64,000 nt of DNA, taken from the NCBI GenBank assembly GCA_963790025.1, contig CAWBMP010000002.1, positions 608,001-672,000 of the forward strand. The letters are read 5' to 3'. Source of the DNA: Nitrospirota bacterium (GTDB taxonomy: Bacteria; Nitrospirota; Thermodesulfovibrionia; Thermodesulfovibrionales; Dissulfurispiraceae). Each line of letters starts with the position of its first letter. Within the stretch, counting starts at the first letter, position 1. The notes beneath the pieces are model-generated. The model saw only the letters and a list, made by a program, of their open reading frames with translations, did not search any database and was not told the origin of the DNA. A program made the position numbers and the translations under genes. This document shows positions 29,487 to 38,449 of the stretch, piece by piece.

Positions 29487-30194
29487 CTAATTGAATACTT
29501 CTTCTAATACCGGTACGCCTATGCCGTTAATGATATCAAGGCTCTTACCGCCATAATTAAATAAAAGGTCTATAACCGACATACAAGGGATAAAGGGCTC
29601 ATGGATCTGTTTATAAACCGGATGATGGAATTCCTGCATCATAACTTCAATACCACTGCTTTCGAATTTATTAAGATCAAGATATTCCCTGCCGGATATA
29701 CCCGAAAGGTAAGTCTTCGCGCCGAGGGTTTTGCAGATGGAGAAAATCAGGTCGCTTCCCCTGCCTGTAACTTCTAATTCTGACGCCTTCATAAAGGTTG
29801 GCCGAATGCCCAGAAACCCGGCAAACAGTTGAATGAGCACCTCGTTCAGATCGCACAGCTTTTCCCAGTCTCCGCTTATCACATCGTCTATGCCCTGAAA
29901 ATAGGCGTCGAAGAATTTGGCTTTCTTGTAAGAATAGAAAATGGTGTCTCGCCATTTCCGCTTCCATCGCGCGTCTCGGGATATAGTCACGTCTTGAATC
30001 AGTGTCTCCAGAGTCCGCTTCACCGGCACGGTCAGCCATACCCATCCATCCGTGGTCCTTAACTTGTTCCTGTTCTGGAAATAGTTTTTTGAAAACTGCA
30101 CGTTATCCAGGAATACAAAAGTGTCTGCCTGAGCCATTTTATGGAAAAACCCGAGCCAGGGCATGTGTTCCGGCTGGTGAATCGTTATACGCAC
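29487..30194 (-). CDS. WbqC family protein
   Basis: IHQPEHMPWLGFF, FLDNVQF, NRNK, YLSG..GREY, SVIDLLFN. Confidence 0.9.
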   Translation of the reverse strand: MRITIHQPEHMPWLGFFHKMAQADTFVFLDNVQFSKNYFQNRNKLRTTDGWVWLTVPVKRTLETLIQDVTISRDARWKRKWRDTIFYSYKKAKFFDAYFQGIDDVISGDWEKLCDLNEVLIQLFAGFLGIRPTFMKASELEVTGRGSDLIFSICKTLGAKTYLSGISGREYLDLNKFESSGIEVMMQEFHHPVYKQIHEPFIPCMSVIDLLFNYGGKSLDIINGIGVPVLEEVFN

Positions 30195-30197
30195 GCC

Positions 30198-31253
30198 TCA
30201 GGCGCCTACTTTGTCCGGTCTGTTTATATACTTGTCCACCACGATCTCCCTGTCGCCAATGTGTTCCACAACTGGCTGGGTCTTCCTGGGCAAATAGCAA
30301 TGCTTACAAGGCCCGAGAGCGGCAACCCCCTTATGTTCACGATGCAGCTTTCGCGCCGCCGCCAGCTTCTCGCCGTGCCATATAGCGTGAAGGTTATCTT
30401 TATTGGCATCACCTGCAGGACAAAGACAGAATTCATCATTTGAACAGAGCAAGGCTATGCCGTCGGAACCAATGACCAGCCTCTGGTAAAGGACCGGGCA
30501 ATCGAAATCCTCTAAATAGACAATTTCATCGTCTGCGTGGAGATAGTCTACAAGTGGGTTGAAGGCAATATCGTCCACATAGGGTTTAAAAGCGTCTATG
30601 TATTCACGAGCATTATCTTTTACCGCAGGCCAGACGCTTTGTACCCTGATAACCGGTTTGACCGAGCCGAGCCGTTTTTTAATGCGGCTGTACTCTTTTA
30701 TCTTTTCGTAAGAGTCAGAGAACTTTGCGGGCTTCCGTATCCATTCGTAGGTATCTCCTAACCCGTCAAAAGAGATTGTGAGCCAGTCCAACCCGGCTTT
30801 CAACGCCTCTTCAAAAAGTTCCGGAGTAAGTGCAAGATTATTGGTAAGGGTTGATACCTCTTTAACGCCTTTCTCTTTGGCATAGCGTATCATGCGGATT
30901 ATGTCCCGGTGAATAAAAACCTCTCCACGCAGGCTGAGACGTATAGAGTACGCGCCATAAACCACGCTCTCGTCAATAATTTTCCTGAACAAATCAAAAT
31001 CCATGAAGCTCTTTTTTATTTTTTGGCGAAACTCGTCAGTGATGGTATAACACATCGGGCATTTCATATTGCACGCCGAGGATATCTCGACATCCACATG
31101 ATCCGGAAAGCGCGATACGTAACGCAATCTCGGGTAGTAATGCCAGCGGAAACGGTTCATCAAAAAGGCAAGAAGGTGTCCCCTGCCGCGGTGGTAGTCG
31201 AAACGGAGTTTCTCTATACGTGAAGGGATGATCTGGTCTTTATTGATCTTCAC
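30198..31253 (-). CDS. Radical SAM protein with SPASM/twitch domain (paralog of 742-1752)
   Basis: FPDHVDVEISSACNMKCPMC, MDFDLFRKIIDE, LSLRGE, CPVLYQR..C..IW..CKHC; start set at GTG 31253 (GTGA overlap). Confidence 0.88.
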   Translation of the reverse strand: MKINKDQIIPSRIEKLRFDYHRGRGHLLAFLMNRFRWHYYPRLRYVSRFPDHVDVEISSACNMKCPMCYTITDEFRQKIKKSFMDFDLFRKIIDESVVYGAYSIRLSLRGEVFIHRDIIRMIRYAKEKGVKEVSTLTNNLALTPELFEEALKAGLDWLTISFDGLGDTYEWIRKPAKFSDSYEKIKEYSRIKKRLGSVKPVIRVQSVWPAVKDNAREYIDAFKPYVDDIAFNPLVDYLHADDEIVYLEDFDCPVLYQRLVIGSDGIALLCSNDEFCLCPAGDANKDNLHAIWHGEKLAAARKLHREHKGVAALGPCKHCYLPRKTQPVVEHIGDREIVVDKYINRPDKVGA

Positions 31254-31906
31254 TTTTTTCGCCCGAGGTAATGCACGAGAGGTCTGCCGTTGTGGCTCCA
31301 GTCCCACTCTATGCACATATGGACCGGGCTGGTATATTTGAGCAGGTGTTCCTTCAGTTGCCCGGGCCCGTCGATAACGTCCTGCCCAATCCATGTGGAG
31401 GATTCAGGAAAAGACTGGGATACGTAGAGAAAGCCCCCTTCACCCGCCATGTCCACAGCATTGTTAAGAAAACCGTGAAGATCTTTGCAAACATACCACA
31501 GGACCTCCTTGACGACCACGAGATCAAACCATTCCCTTGCAAGTGGCCTCGAACGAAGGAGATTCCCCTCCGTGAAGCGGATGCCCGGGAAGCTGAGACC
31601 TGCCTGTTCGACGGCCGTTGCTGAAATATCGACACCGGTCACATCAGGCCGGCAGCCGCCAGGTCCGGCAAGTTCGTTCCGCAGGCGTTCCGAGAAGTAG
31701 CCAAGCCCACACCCGATCTCGCATACAGTGCGGTATTCAAATTGCTTCAGGACAGCGATGTCTATTTCCGAAAAGACGTAATAGGCGGTTTTGTCCTGGT
31801 GCCAGGGGATTTCGGAAGAATTCCTGTACATGTCGTCGAACCTGCAGACGCGTCTGCCGTCCTTGAACACATAATCGTGATAGTCACTTGAGTGATTCAT
31901 GTCCAT
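31250..31906 (-). CDS. Class I SAM-dependent methyltransferase
   Basis: EIGCGLG, GVDIS, FDLVV. Confidence 0.8.
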   Translation of the reverse strand: MDMNHSSDYHDYVFKDGRRVCRFDDMYRNSSEIPWHQDKTAYYVFSEIDIAVLKQFEYRTVCEIGCGLGYFSERLRNELAGPGGCRPDVTGVDISATAVEQAGLSFPGIRFTEGNLLRSRPLAREWFDLVVVKEVLWYVCKDLHGFLNNAVDMAGEGGFLYVSQSFPESSTWIGQDVIDGPGQLKEHLLKYTSPVHMCIEWDWSHNGRPLVHYLGRKK

Positions 31907-32520
31907 GGTCCCTTCTCCAACAGTATCTTTTCAGCAAGCCAGAAGTCGAACTCGTCATCTATCTCCACGTTCTCCCATCGGCTGATTATTTTCCTGCAAA
32001 TTTTTTCGCCGTATCGATCACCTTTCCTGATGAGGTCCGCCCTGATCACATACACATTGCCGTCATCGTAGAAGAAGCCGTCAATGTCCTGCCTGCGCAG
32101 ATCGTTCCTGCCATATTCGATGTATTTGCAGACGAAGCCTGTGGCAAGAGAGTCATAGCCTCCTTCCGAAAACTCCCTGATGCATTCGTCAATAAGCCCT
32201 GACCTCCTGACAGGCGAAGTCGCCTGGAGGAGGACCACCACATCGCACGGGATATTTTCCACAGCATGTTTAAGCACGTCCAGGGTATCTGCCTCATCAG
32301 TGGCAAGCTCTGCAGGACGTTCCAGGACCTGAGCGCCATATTCTCCGGATACTCCGGCGATTTCCTGGTCTTCCGTTGAAATTGCAAAGCGGTCGAGGAG
32401 CCCGGATTGCTTTGCCGCGCCGATGGTCCATGCAATAAGGGGCTTCCCGGCTATCAATTTAATATTTTTACGCGTTATCCCCTTGCTTCCACCGCGGGCA
32501 GGAGTGATGCCGAGTATCAT
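31897..32520 (-). CDS. CMP-N-acylneuraminate synthetase family (NeuA/PseF)
   Basis: PARGGSKGITRKN, KPLIAW, STED, LQATSP, EIDDEFDF. Confidence 0.9.
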   Translation of the reverse strand: MILGITPARGGSKGITRKNIKLIAGKPLIAWTIGAAKQSGLLDRFAISTEDQEIAGVSGEYGAQVLERPAELATDEADTLDVLKHAVENIPCDVVVLLQATSPVRRSGLIDECIREFSEGGYDSLATGFVCKYIEYGRNDLRRQDIDGFFYDDGNVYVIRADLIRKGDRYGEKICRKIISRWENVEIDDEFDFWLAEKILLEKGPWT

Positions 32521-32537
32521 CTAGTCAGCCCCATTTT

Positions 32538-33461
32538 TTACTTCCCCAATATAAACAAATGAAAGCCGCCTTCATCTTTGCTTTCATCGTCCATTTCATA
32601 AAGTGGATGAAGAAATTTAATAACCGTTTCTATCCATTCGGTCTTTATAGCCCTTCTGTCCTCGATGCTTAATCCATTGCACATCTTTATCAAAGGTGAT
32701 GATAGAGGTCTCATGCCGATGTCCCATATCTTCAGAGTTAAAGGAGACAGATAATAAGAGTGCTCCAGAACACTAAACCCTGCACTTTTAGCTAAAGCTG
32801 CAAAATCATTGTATGACATTGTCCAATGCATATCTTCTGTTCTGCCCCGATTAAGTAATCGCAGCAATTCGGAATTTGTCTCTTTCCAGCGATATGTAAC
32901 ACAGTAATCAATAAATTTATTATTGGGGATACATAAAATGGCTATTCCGCGTTTATTGAGAATTCTATAAACCTGCTGTAATGCCTTCAATGGATCAGCC
33001 AACCAGTACAGAATATTTGAAAAGATGGTTTTAAAAGTTTCATCTTCAAAAGGTAATTGACCATTTGCGTCAGACTTAATTAAATCATCATAGAAATTCA
33101 GAGCCTTTGCCTGAGCAATCAGGCTATCCTTATGGTCCAACCCGAAAGTGAAAGTATATTGTGGCTGTTCAATAACATATCCCTTCAAGTCAACGTGCTT
33201 GCATACGTTATAAATATCTTTATTATCCCAGAAACCGGTTGTATCCGTGTTAATATACCGATCATAGTCGACGGAGAATTCTCCACCTGCAGTTAGAAAG
33301 CTGGAAATACCATTCCCGCAACCCAAATCCAACGATGGAGAAGCAATTTCATATTTAGCAATCTTGGACGATGCTATTGCATTCCAAAGAGCTGACTCCG
33401 GTCTAAGCCAGTTAACATTAAGATGCGCCCTTATAAAGTTGTCAATTTTCTTTTCGAGCAT
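32538..33461 (-). CDS. Class I SAM-dependent methyltransferase
   Basis: SLDLGCGNG, LPFEDETF, FSN; start set at MLEKK. Confidence 0.75.
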   Translation of the reverse strand: MLEKKIDNFIRAHLNVNWLRPESALWNAIASSKIAKYEIASPSLDLGCGNGISSFLTAGGEFSVDYDRYINTDTTGFWDNKDIYNVCKHVDLKGYVIEQPQYTFTFGLDHKDSLIAQAKALNFYDDLIKSDANGQLPFEDETFKTIFSNILYWLADPLKALQQVYRILNKRGIAILCIPNNKFIDYCVTYRWKETNSELLRLLNRGRTEDMHWTMSYNDFAALAKSAGFSVLEHSYYLSPLTLKIWDIGMRPLSSPLIKMCNGLSIEDRRAIKTEWIETVIKFLHPLYEMDDESKDEGGFHLFILGK

Positions 33462-33484
33462 AATTGATTTCCTATGACTAAAAT

Positions 33485-34153
33485 TCAGATCCACTTCCCC
33501 CTCACTGACATAAATGCTTCCGCATATTTAAGACCTATCTCGGTGCCACGCTTCTGAGCGAGAATACCGATACCTTCCGGCGACCGGGGATGAGGATAAT
33601 TCCTGCTTTCTGTCTCATAACATCTTAATGCCCTCAGCTTTTTGTTCACAAAGGCTTTTATGTCCACATAATAATTGGGCATGAACACCGTATTCGGAGT
33701 AGGGAGAGATTGCTCTGTAGAAGAAGGAACCTCATACATAAATATATTGCTGACAAACAATGCTGCAGTAGGCCTCAAAACAACACGTGCTGCGTCAAAT
33801 ACCGCCCTGTGGTCCTGATTATTATCGCCAGAAAAAGGGATATATACTATACCCGGCTTTATTTTGGCAAAATAGTTTTCGACCGGGATTATGATGTCCT
33901 GAACTGCCACATCGAGTCTTTCATCGGGAAGATCCAGGAAAACAGCTTCATCGTAGCCCAGAATTCTCTTCGCTTTTAGCGCATGAGATTTTTCTATATC
34001 ATTAAGTTTGTTATCAAAATTGTGGTTGTATGCCCTGTGCGCCACAAATATAACGCTTACCTTGTCGCCCCCGGCTTTATGTTTTGCGATAACTCCACCA
34101 CATCCCAGCGCCTCGTCATCCATATGAGGGGCAATAATCAATATTTTTTTCAT
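33485..34153 (-). CDS. PIG-L/LmbE family deacetylase
   Basis: APHMDDEALGCGG, QDH, YEV.SSTE, HPRS, AEAF; start set at MKKILII. Confidence 0.88.
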   Translation of the reverse strand: MKKILIIAPHMDDEALGCGGVIAKHKAGGDKVSVIFVAHRAYNHNFDNKLNDIEKSHALKAKRILGYDEAVFLDLPDERLDVAVQDIIIPVENYFAKIKPGIVYIPFSGDNNQDHRAVFDAARVVLRPTAALFVSNIFMYEVPSSTEQSLPTPNTVFMPNYYVDIKAFVNKKLRALRCYETESRNYPHPRSPEGIGILAQKRGTEIGLKYAEAFMSVRGKWI

Positions 34154-35181
34154 CTCAAAAAAATCCCCCTTAATTCGTTGACTTCTTTTCCTGCATCTTC
34201 CCATCCGAAGTATATTGGCGGGCAGTGGTGATGTTCGGCAATCCACCTTGAATGAGGAAGATCGTAAGGGACATTTTCTATCTCAGGTCCAAAGTCAGCT
34301 TGATTGAATACCTTGCCGGTTTCTATTTTCAAATCATAATCAAAAACAATATACTTGTAATAACCTGATGTCATTCCTTCGGGAAAATTAACCCTGTTTT
34401 CAAAAATTTGATCGTATTTCTCAGCTAATTTCCTCTTCCATTCCAGAATAACCGGCAACCGTTCAAGCTGTATAAGGCCGAGTGCTGCCGTGACTTCATT
34501 CATCCGGAAATTAAAACCGTTTTGCAGCATATATGAAACATTGCCGTTCACAACTTTTTTACCGTAATTCCTGTAATACCTCAGCCATTCAAGAAAGCTC
34601 TCATCGTTTGAACAGACAACCCCGCCTTCTCCAAGGGGCATTGTCTTGGTGGCATAAAAAGAATAAGCTCCTGCCAATCCCCAAGATCCGGCCATCTTGC
34701 CGTTGAAGCGCCCGCCATGGGCATGCGCGCAATCTTCAATTAAGGCAATGTCCCTTTCTTTGCAGAAAGCTTCAATTTCGTCAATCTGAAAGGCAATATG
34801 GCCGCCTATATGGACAACAGCCACCGCCTTTGTATTCTTTGTCGCCTTTTTCTTCAAATCCTCAAAGCTAAGGCACAAATCCTCTCTATTGCAATCTGCA
34901 TATATTACCCGGCCTCCAGCTCGTTTCGCGGCAGCCGCCGTTGCCCAGAAGGTGTTCGCTGGGACAATTACATCCTTGTTCCGGACGCCTATATATTCAA
35001 ATATACTCAGCAGACCCGTGCCTCCGTTGGAGACAGCCAGACACGGAACATTTATGAGCCTGCTGAACCCCTCCTCGAAGCGTTTGACCATTTGCCCTTC
35101 GGAAAGAAAATTACTGTCGAATACATCATTCAGCAGTTGATAATATTTATTCCGGTATTCTTGTTCAAAAGGTATCTTCAT
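34150..35181 (-). CDS. DegT/DnrJ/EryC1/StrS family sugar aminotransferase
   Basis: VHIGG, IEDCAHAHG, SFYATKTMPLGEGG, RNYG; start set at MKIPF. Confidence 0.9.
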   Translation of the reverse strand: MKIPFEQEYRNKYYQLLNDVFDSNFLSEGQMVKRFEEGFSRLINVPCLAVSNGGTGLLSIFEYIGVRNKDVIVPANTFWATAAAAKRAGGRVIYADCNREDLCLSFEDLKKKATKNTKAVAVVHIGGHIAFQIDEIEAFCKERDIALIEDCAHAHGGRFNGKMAGSWGLAGAYSFYATKTMPLGEGGVVCSNDESFLEWLRYYRNYGKKVVNGNVSYMLQNGFNFRMNEVTAALGLIQLERLPVILEWKRKLAEKYDQIFENRVNFPEGMTSGYYKYIVFDYDLKIETGKVFNQADFGPEIENVPYDLPHSRWIAEHHHCPPIYFGWEDAGKEVNELRGIFLR

Positions 35182-35195
35182 ATAAAGCCCGGGGG

Positions 35196-36986
35196 TCAGA
35201 TAAAATTCTGTGTCTTCGTTTTGCCGAGCCGGTCGAAAAGCTCGTTGAATTTTGTGAGCCTGCAGCGTGGACAATATTTTTTGCAGAACTCGGCATCCAG
35301 CACCATCCCGGATTGTTCATTTCTCTTTGTCCCCAACCAGATATCCCTGAAGGATTCAGTGTTGATGTTTCCGATAGGTTCCATCCATTTGTGTATATTG
35401 AGCCGGCCGCACAAATATACGCTTCCGTCGGAAGCAATAACAGTGGTAAGGCTGTGCACCAAACATGGTCCGCCCGCATTCCCTTCAGTCACGTTCTGGG
35501 ACATCCCATCCGTGATGACCGAAAACCTGGAGCCTCTCTGATATCTACCCAGATACGAGAGGTCGACCTTGACGTCCAGCTCCGGATGATCGATAACAGG
35601 TCTGAACTGTATGTAGTTTACTCCAAAATCCCTGATCCTGAGAATGAGTGATTCGAGGTTCCCGATATTCTTCGAGGTGACCACATAGCCGACTCCGACA
35701 GTCGCCTTCGACGAACACAGGCGTTTTATATTGCTCATGACCCTCTCAAAGGTATCGCTGTTCTTCAGTAGCCGCTGTTCTTCAGGATTGGATGCGTCAA
35801 GACTGACACGGACCCATTCAAGTTTATCCGCAATGTGGCTTTTTATTTTAGTGCTGCCGTTGGTGATAAGACCGACTCCGAGACCGTTGTCACATGCAAG
35901 CGTGACGACATCGTCAAAATTCTTGTGAACTGTGGGTTCCCCTCCTCCTTCAATGACTATTCCACGTGTGCCTCCCTGCTGCAATTCGGGGAAAAGTCTC
36001 CTGAGGATACTAAAATCCATGTCCTTGTCCATGCGAGCCCTCAAATCCTTGTCGGAGCACCAAATACAGTTCAGATTGCAACGGTTTGTGAGCGAGAGTT
36101 CAACGCTTATAGGGTAGGTCAGATCAGGTTCGGAGTTATTATGTTTTTTCAAAGCTGCTATTTTTTCAGGGAACAAATATAGTTTTTCTAGGCCGACTTC
36201 CTGTACAGCGGCATCCTTGTTGCTCTCGGCCAGGACCGGGTTATTATCAAGCATCCCGATAATATTATCTGTATAGGGGCGTTCAAGATTTCTGAGGATA
36301 AAGTCTATAAGTTTCAAATCTTTTTCGGTGTCAAAACAGACCTTGTAATGCGGTCTTGGATTTGCATATAAGAATTTATGTGTGTTAAATTTCGTCTCGT
36401 TTTGATGAAAGTAAAGCATCCCTGCTTCGCGCTGTTCGGGAGTCAGTCTTTTCCTGTTGAGTTCCAACAGGAGATTTTTTTGCACGACATCGCATCCCGT
36501 CCCGTATATGGTCCCGGCGAAATACTCGTTGTAGCTGAATTCAAAACCGCCATCCAGATGGTTCCCTATCAAATCATTCGCCAGGAGTGGATCGAACAAA
36601 GGATAATTTCCGCTGATCTTCAATATGGTTTTCCCCTGAAAGTGTTGTACCGCACCGCATAATCTGGAGATCACATCAGATTCACTACCCCGGAAACTCT
36701 TTATATTTAACCTCTCAGCCTCCCTGACCAGTGGGTCATCATTAGGGTTGTCCGTAGAAGCGAGAATTATTTCCGACACATATTTCACCGCCCTAACTCT
36801 GGAGACTATGTGCTCTAAAACCGTTTTTCCGGCGATCTTAACCATGCTCTTGCCGGGGAATAAATTGGATTTATGCATAGCCTGAATAACTGCACACACT
36901 TTTTTTCTTGTCTTACCTGCCATATTCTTGCCTGTCAATTCCTCGACTGTCTCGATCTGTTCAGCGCCCATTTTTCCCATTTTCAA
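35196..36986 (-). CDS. Fusion: SpsF-like cytidylyltransferase + radical SAM/SPASM domain
   Basis: N-half IQA...FPGK, GSESDV, NYP, DTEKDL; C-half CNLNCIWC, GGGEP, C..C..GNI..IW..C..CPRC; start may be 36923. Confidence 0.85.
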   Translation of the reverse strand: MKMGKMGAEQIETVEELTGKNMAGKTRKKVCAVIQAMHKSNLFPGKSMVKIAGKTVLEHIVSRVRAVKYVSEIILASTDNPNDDPLVREAERLNIKSFRGSESDVISRLCGAVQHFQGKTILKISGNYPLFDPLLANDLIGNHLDGGFEFSYNEYFAGTIYGTGCDVVQKNLLLELNRKRLTPEQREAGMLYFHQNETKFNTHKFLYANPRPHYKVCFDTEKDLKLIDFILRNLERPYTDNIIGMLDNNPVLAESNKDAAVQEVGLEKLYLFPEKIAALKKHNNSEPDLTYPISVELSLTNRCNLNCIWCSDKDLRARMDKDMDFSILRRLFPELQQGGTRGIVIEGGGEPTVHKNFDDVVTLACDNGLGVGLITNGSTKIKSHIADKLEWVRVSLDASNPEEQRLLKNSDTFERVMSNIKRLCSSKATVGVGYVVTSKNIGNLESLILRIRDFGVNYIQFRPVIDHPELDVKVDLSYLGRYQRGSRFSVITDGMSQNVTEGNAGGPCLVHSLTTVIASDGSVYLCGRLNIHKWMEPIGNINTESFRDIWLGTKRNEQSGMVLDAEFCKKYCPRCRLTKFNELFDRLGKTKTQNFI

Positions 36987-37299
36987 TAATGTCTATATCG
37001 TTCTTTAATTCTTCTATCTCTTTCTTAAGCAAATCATATTCATTAATTTTCACTTTCAGAAACTCATATGTTAATTCCACTTTGCCTTTCATTCCCTTCG
37101 GGGTGAGAATATACATGTACGCCGATTTATTTCTTGAATTCTTGAACCTCATTGTCTTTATTAACCCTTTATTCAAAAGGGCGTTCAACACGTAGTTTAC
37201 CTTTCCCAGGCTTAGACCAAGCCTTCTTGAAAGGTCCCGCTGGGAGAGGTTAGCATTCTCGGATAATTCTTTCAGGAGTTTTAGCTGGTATTCGTCCAT
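36961..37299 (-). CDS. MarR-family EPS-associated transcriptional regulator (winged HTH)
   Basis: SQRDLSRRLGLSLGKVNY..L..KGLIK, Y.YILTPKG, heads the glycan operon. Confidence 0.88.
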   Translation of the reverse strand: MDEYQLKLLKELSENANLSQRDLSRRLGLSLGKVNYVLNALLNKGLIKTMRFKNSRNKSAYMYILTPKGMKGKVELTYEFLKVKINEYDLLKKEIEELKNDIDIIENGKNGR

Positions 37300-37426
37300 A
37301 ATAAATAGCGAAGGGCCAAAAAAAACTTAAAAGCTAAGAACAAAAAATGAAAAACCAAAAAATAAAACAGAAAGGCTCTTTTTTGTGCTTTTGTCTTTGA
37401 GCTACGGACTTGAAGTTAATTTAAGA

Positions 37427-37460
37427 CAGGCTACCGCCATTAGATGCTATGATAGCATCT
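37427..37460 (-). promoter_or_regulatory. ops element preceded by a palindrome (JUMPstart-like leader)
   Basis: Minus strand reads AGATGCTAT-C-ATAGCATCT-AAT-GGCGGTAGCCTG; ops consensus is GGCGGTAGnnTG. Confidence 0.75.
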
Positions 37461-37494
37461 CCGAATTTTGAATCATTTCATAGGGATTAAATGC

Positions 37495-37540
37495 GTTCAA
37501 CTAATGAACTAATATAACTGAAGGAGTAAAGTTAAGTCAA
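37495..37540 (-). promoter_or_regulatory. Sigma70-type promoter of the glycan operon with downstream GTTCA-N5-TGAAC palindrome
   Basis: TTGACT (37540-37535), 18 bp, TATATT (37516-37511); palindrome at 37495-37509 over the predicted start. Confidence 0.6.
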
Positions 37541-37749
37541 TGAAAAAAGGAAGAAAGACAAGGAAAATCAAGAGTTAAGAGCAAAAAAACTTAAGATTGC
37601 TTGTTTTATAGCTCCGGGCTTTAAGCTCTTAGCTGTTTTGAGACGTAAAAGGCGGGTCTATAATCAAAATCTGTCTGCCACTTTACTGAAATATTCCAAG
37701 GCGAGTGGTTTAAATTTAGACGTGGAAACTAACCTTTCCATAACATACC

Positions 37750-38100
37750 TCAATCGACTTCGAGCCCTAAGTGCAAATGGATAGCCCTCTCCAATTCCTT
37801 CAACCTTTCACGAGATATCGCCCCTGTATATTTAAATAGCCTTTTTTTATCTACCGTCCGTATTTGATTGGCCTTGGCTTTGCTATCGTTATTCAACCCG
37901 CCCTCCCGAGAGGAGATCAGTACCTCAAAGGGATATACTTTATCCACGTTTGAGGTGACAGGCACAACTGTTACAGTGTCAGCATGGGCATCATTGATGT
38001 CATTTGAAACAACTGTATCCGGTCTCGTTTTGCCTATCCTTGAGCCGAGAACCGGGTCAAGTCGTACCATATATATCCCACCTCTTTTGATTTTAGTCAA
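37750..38100 (-). CDS. MazF/PemK family endoribonuclease toxin, possibly attenuated
   Basis: RGGIYMVRLDP..GSRIGKTRP, VSND, VVPVTS, NQIRTVDKKRL; TTG start overlapping antitoxin stop. Confidence 0.8.
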   Translation of the reverse strand: MTKIKRGGIYMVRLDPVLGSRIGKTRPDTVVSNDINDAHADTVTVVPVTSNVDKVYPFEVLISSREGGLNNDSKAKANQIRTVDKKRLFKYTGAISRERLKELERAIHLHLGLEVD

Positions 38101-38295
38101 GACCTTCTCTTGCGGTAACGTCCCACTCCTCTATATTTCTCTCTTTCGAGTACCCTTCCGCCATCAATCGGTCACGCTCTCTTTTAAGGCGGTCCTTCAC
38201 AGATTTCCTGATGAATTCACTTCTATTGACCGTCATCCTGTCAATTTCTTTGACGAGATAATCCGGCTCACCATTATTTTACTTATCGTATACAT
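38093..38295 (-). pseudogene. Frameshifted ribbon-helix-helix antitoxin (CopG/NdoAI-like)
   Basis: MYTISKIMVS in one frame, PDYLVKEIDRMTVNRSEFIRKSVK...LMAEGY...EGLD* in another; shift near 38265; 203 bp. Confidence 0.7.
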
Positions 38296-38449
38296 GATTA
38301 ATATATAATATATTTATTGATTAATCGTCTATCTTTATATTATATAAAAAAACAACGAAAAATAGGCACTAAAAGACAAGAAGTGACTGGTAAGAAGTAA
38401 AAACAATAAAGCAATTTTTTATCTTATACCGCCTACAGCCTACTGGTTT

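Noticed and set aside
584..36662. Many plus-strand ORFs over the glycan operon (e.g. 796-1461, 14996-15667, 34798-35541)
   Set aside because: Antisense shadows of well-supported minus-strand genes, with no recognisable motifs
742..36986. RiPP cluster suggested by multiple rSAM/SPASM genes
   Set aside because: No precursor peptide, PqqD/RRE domain or peptidase seen; all neighbours are sugar-nucleotide enzymes
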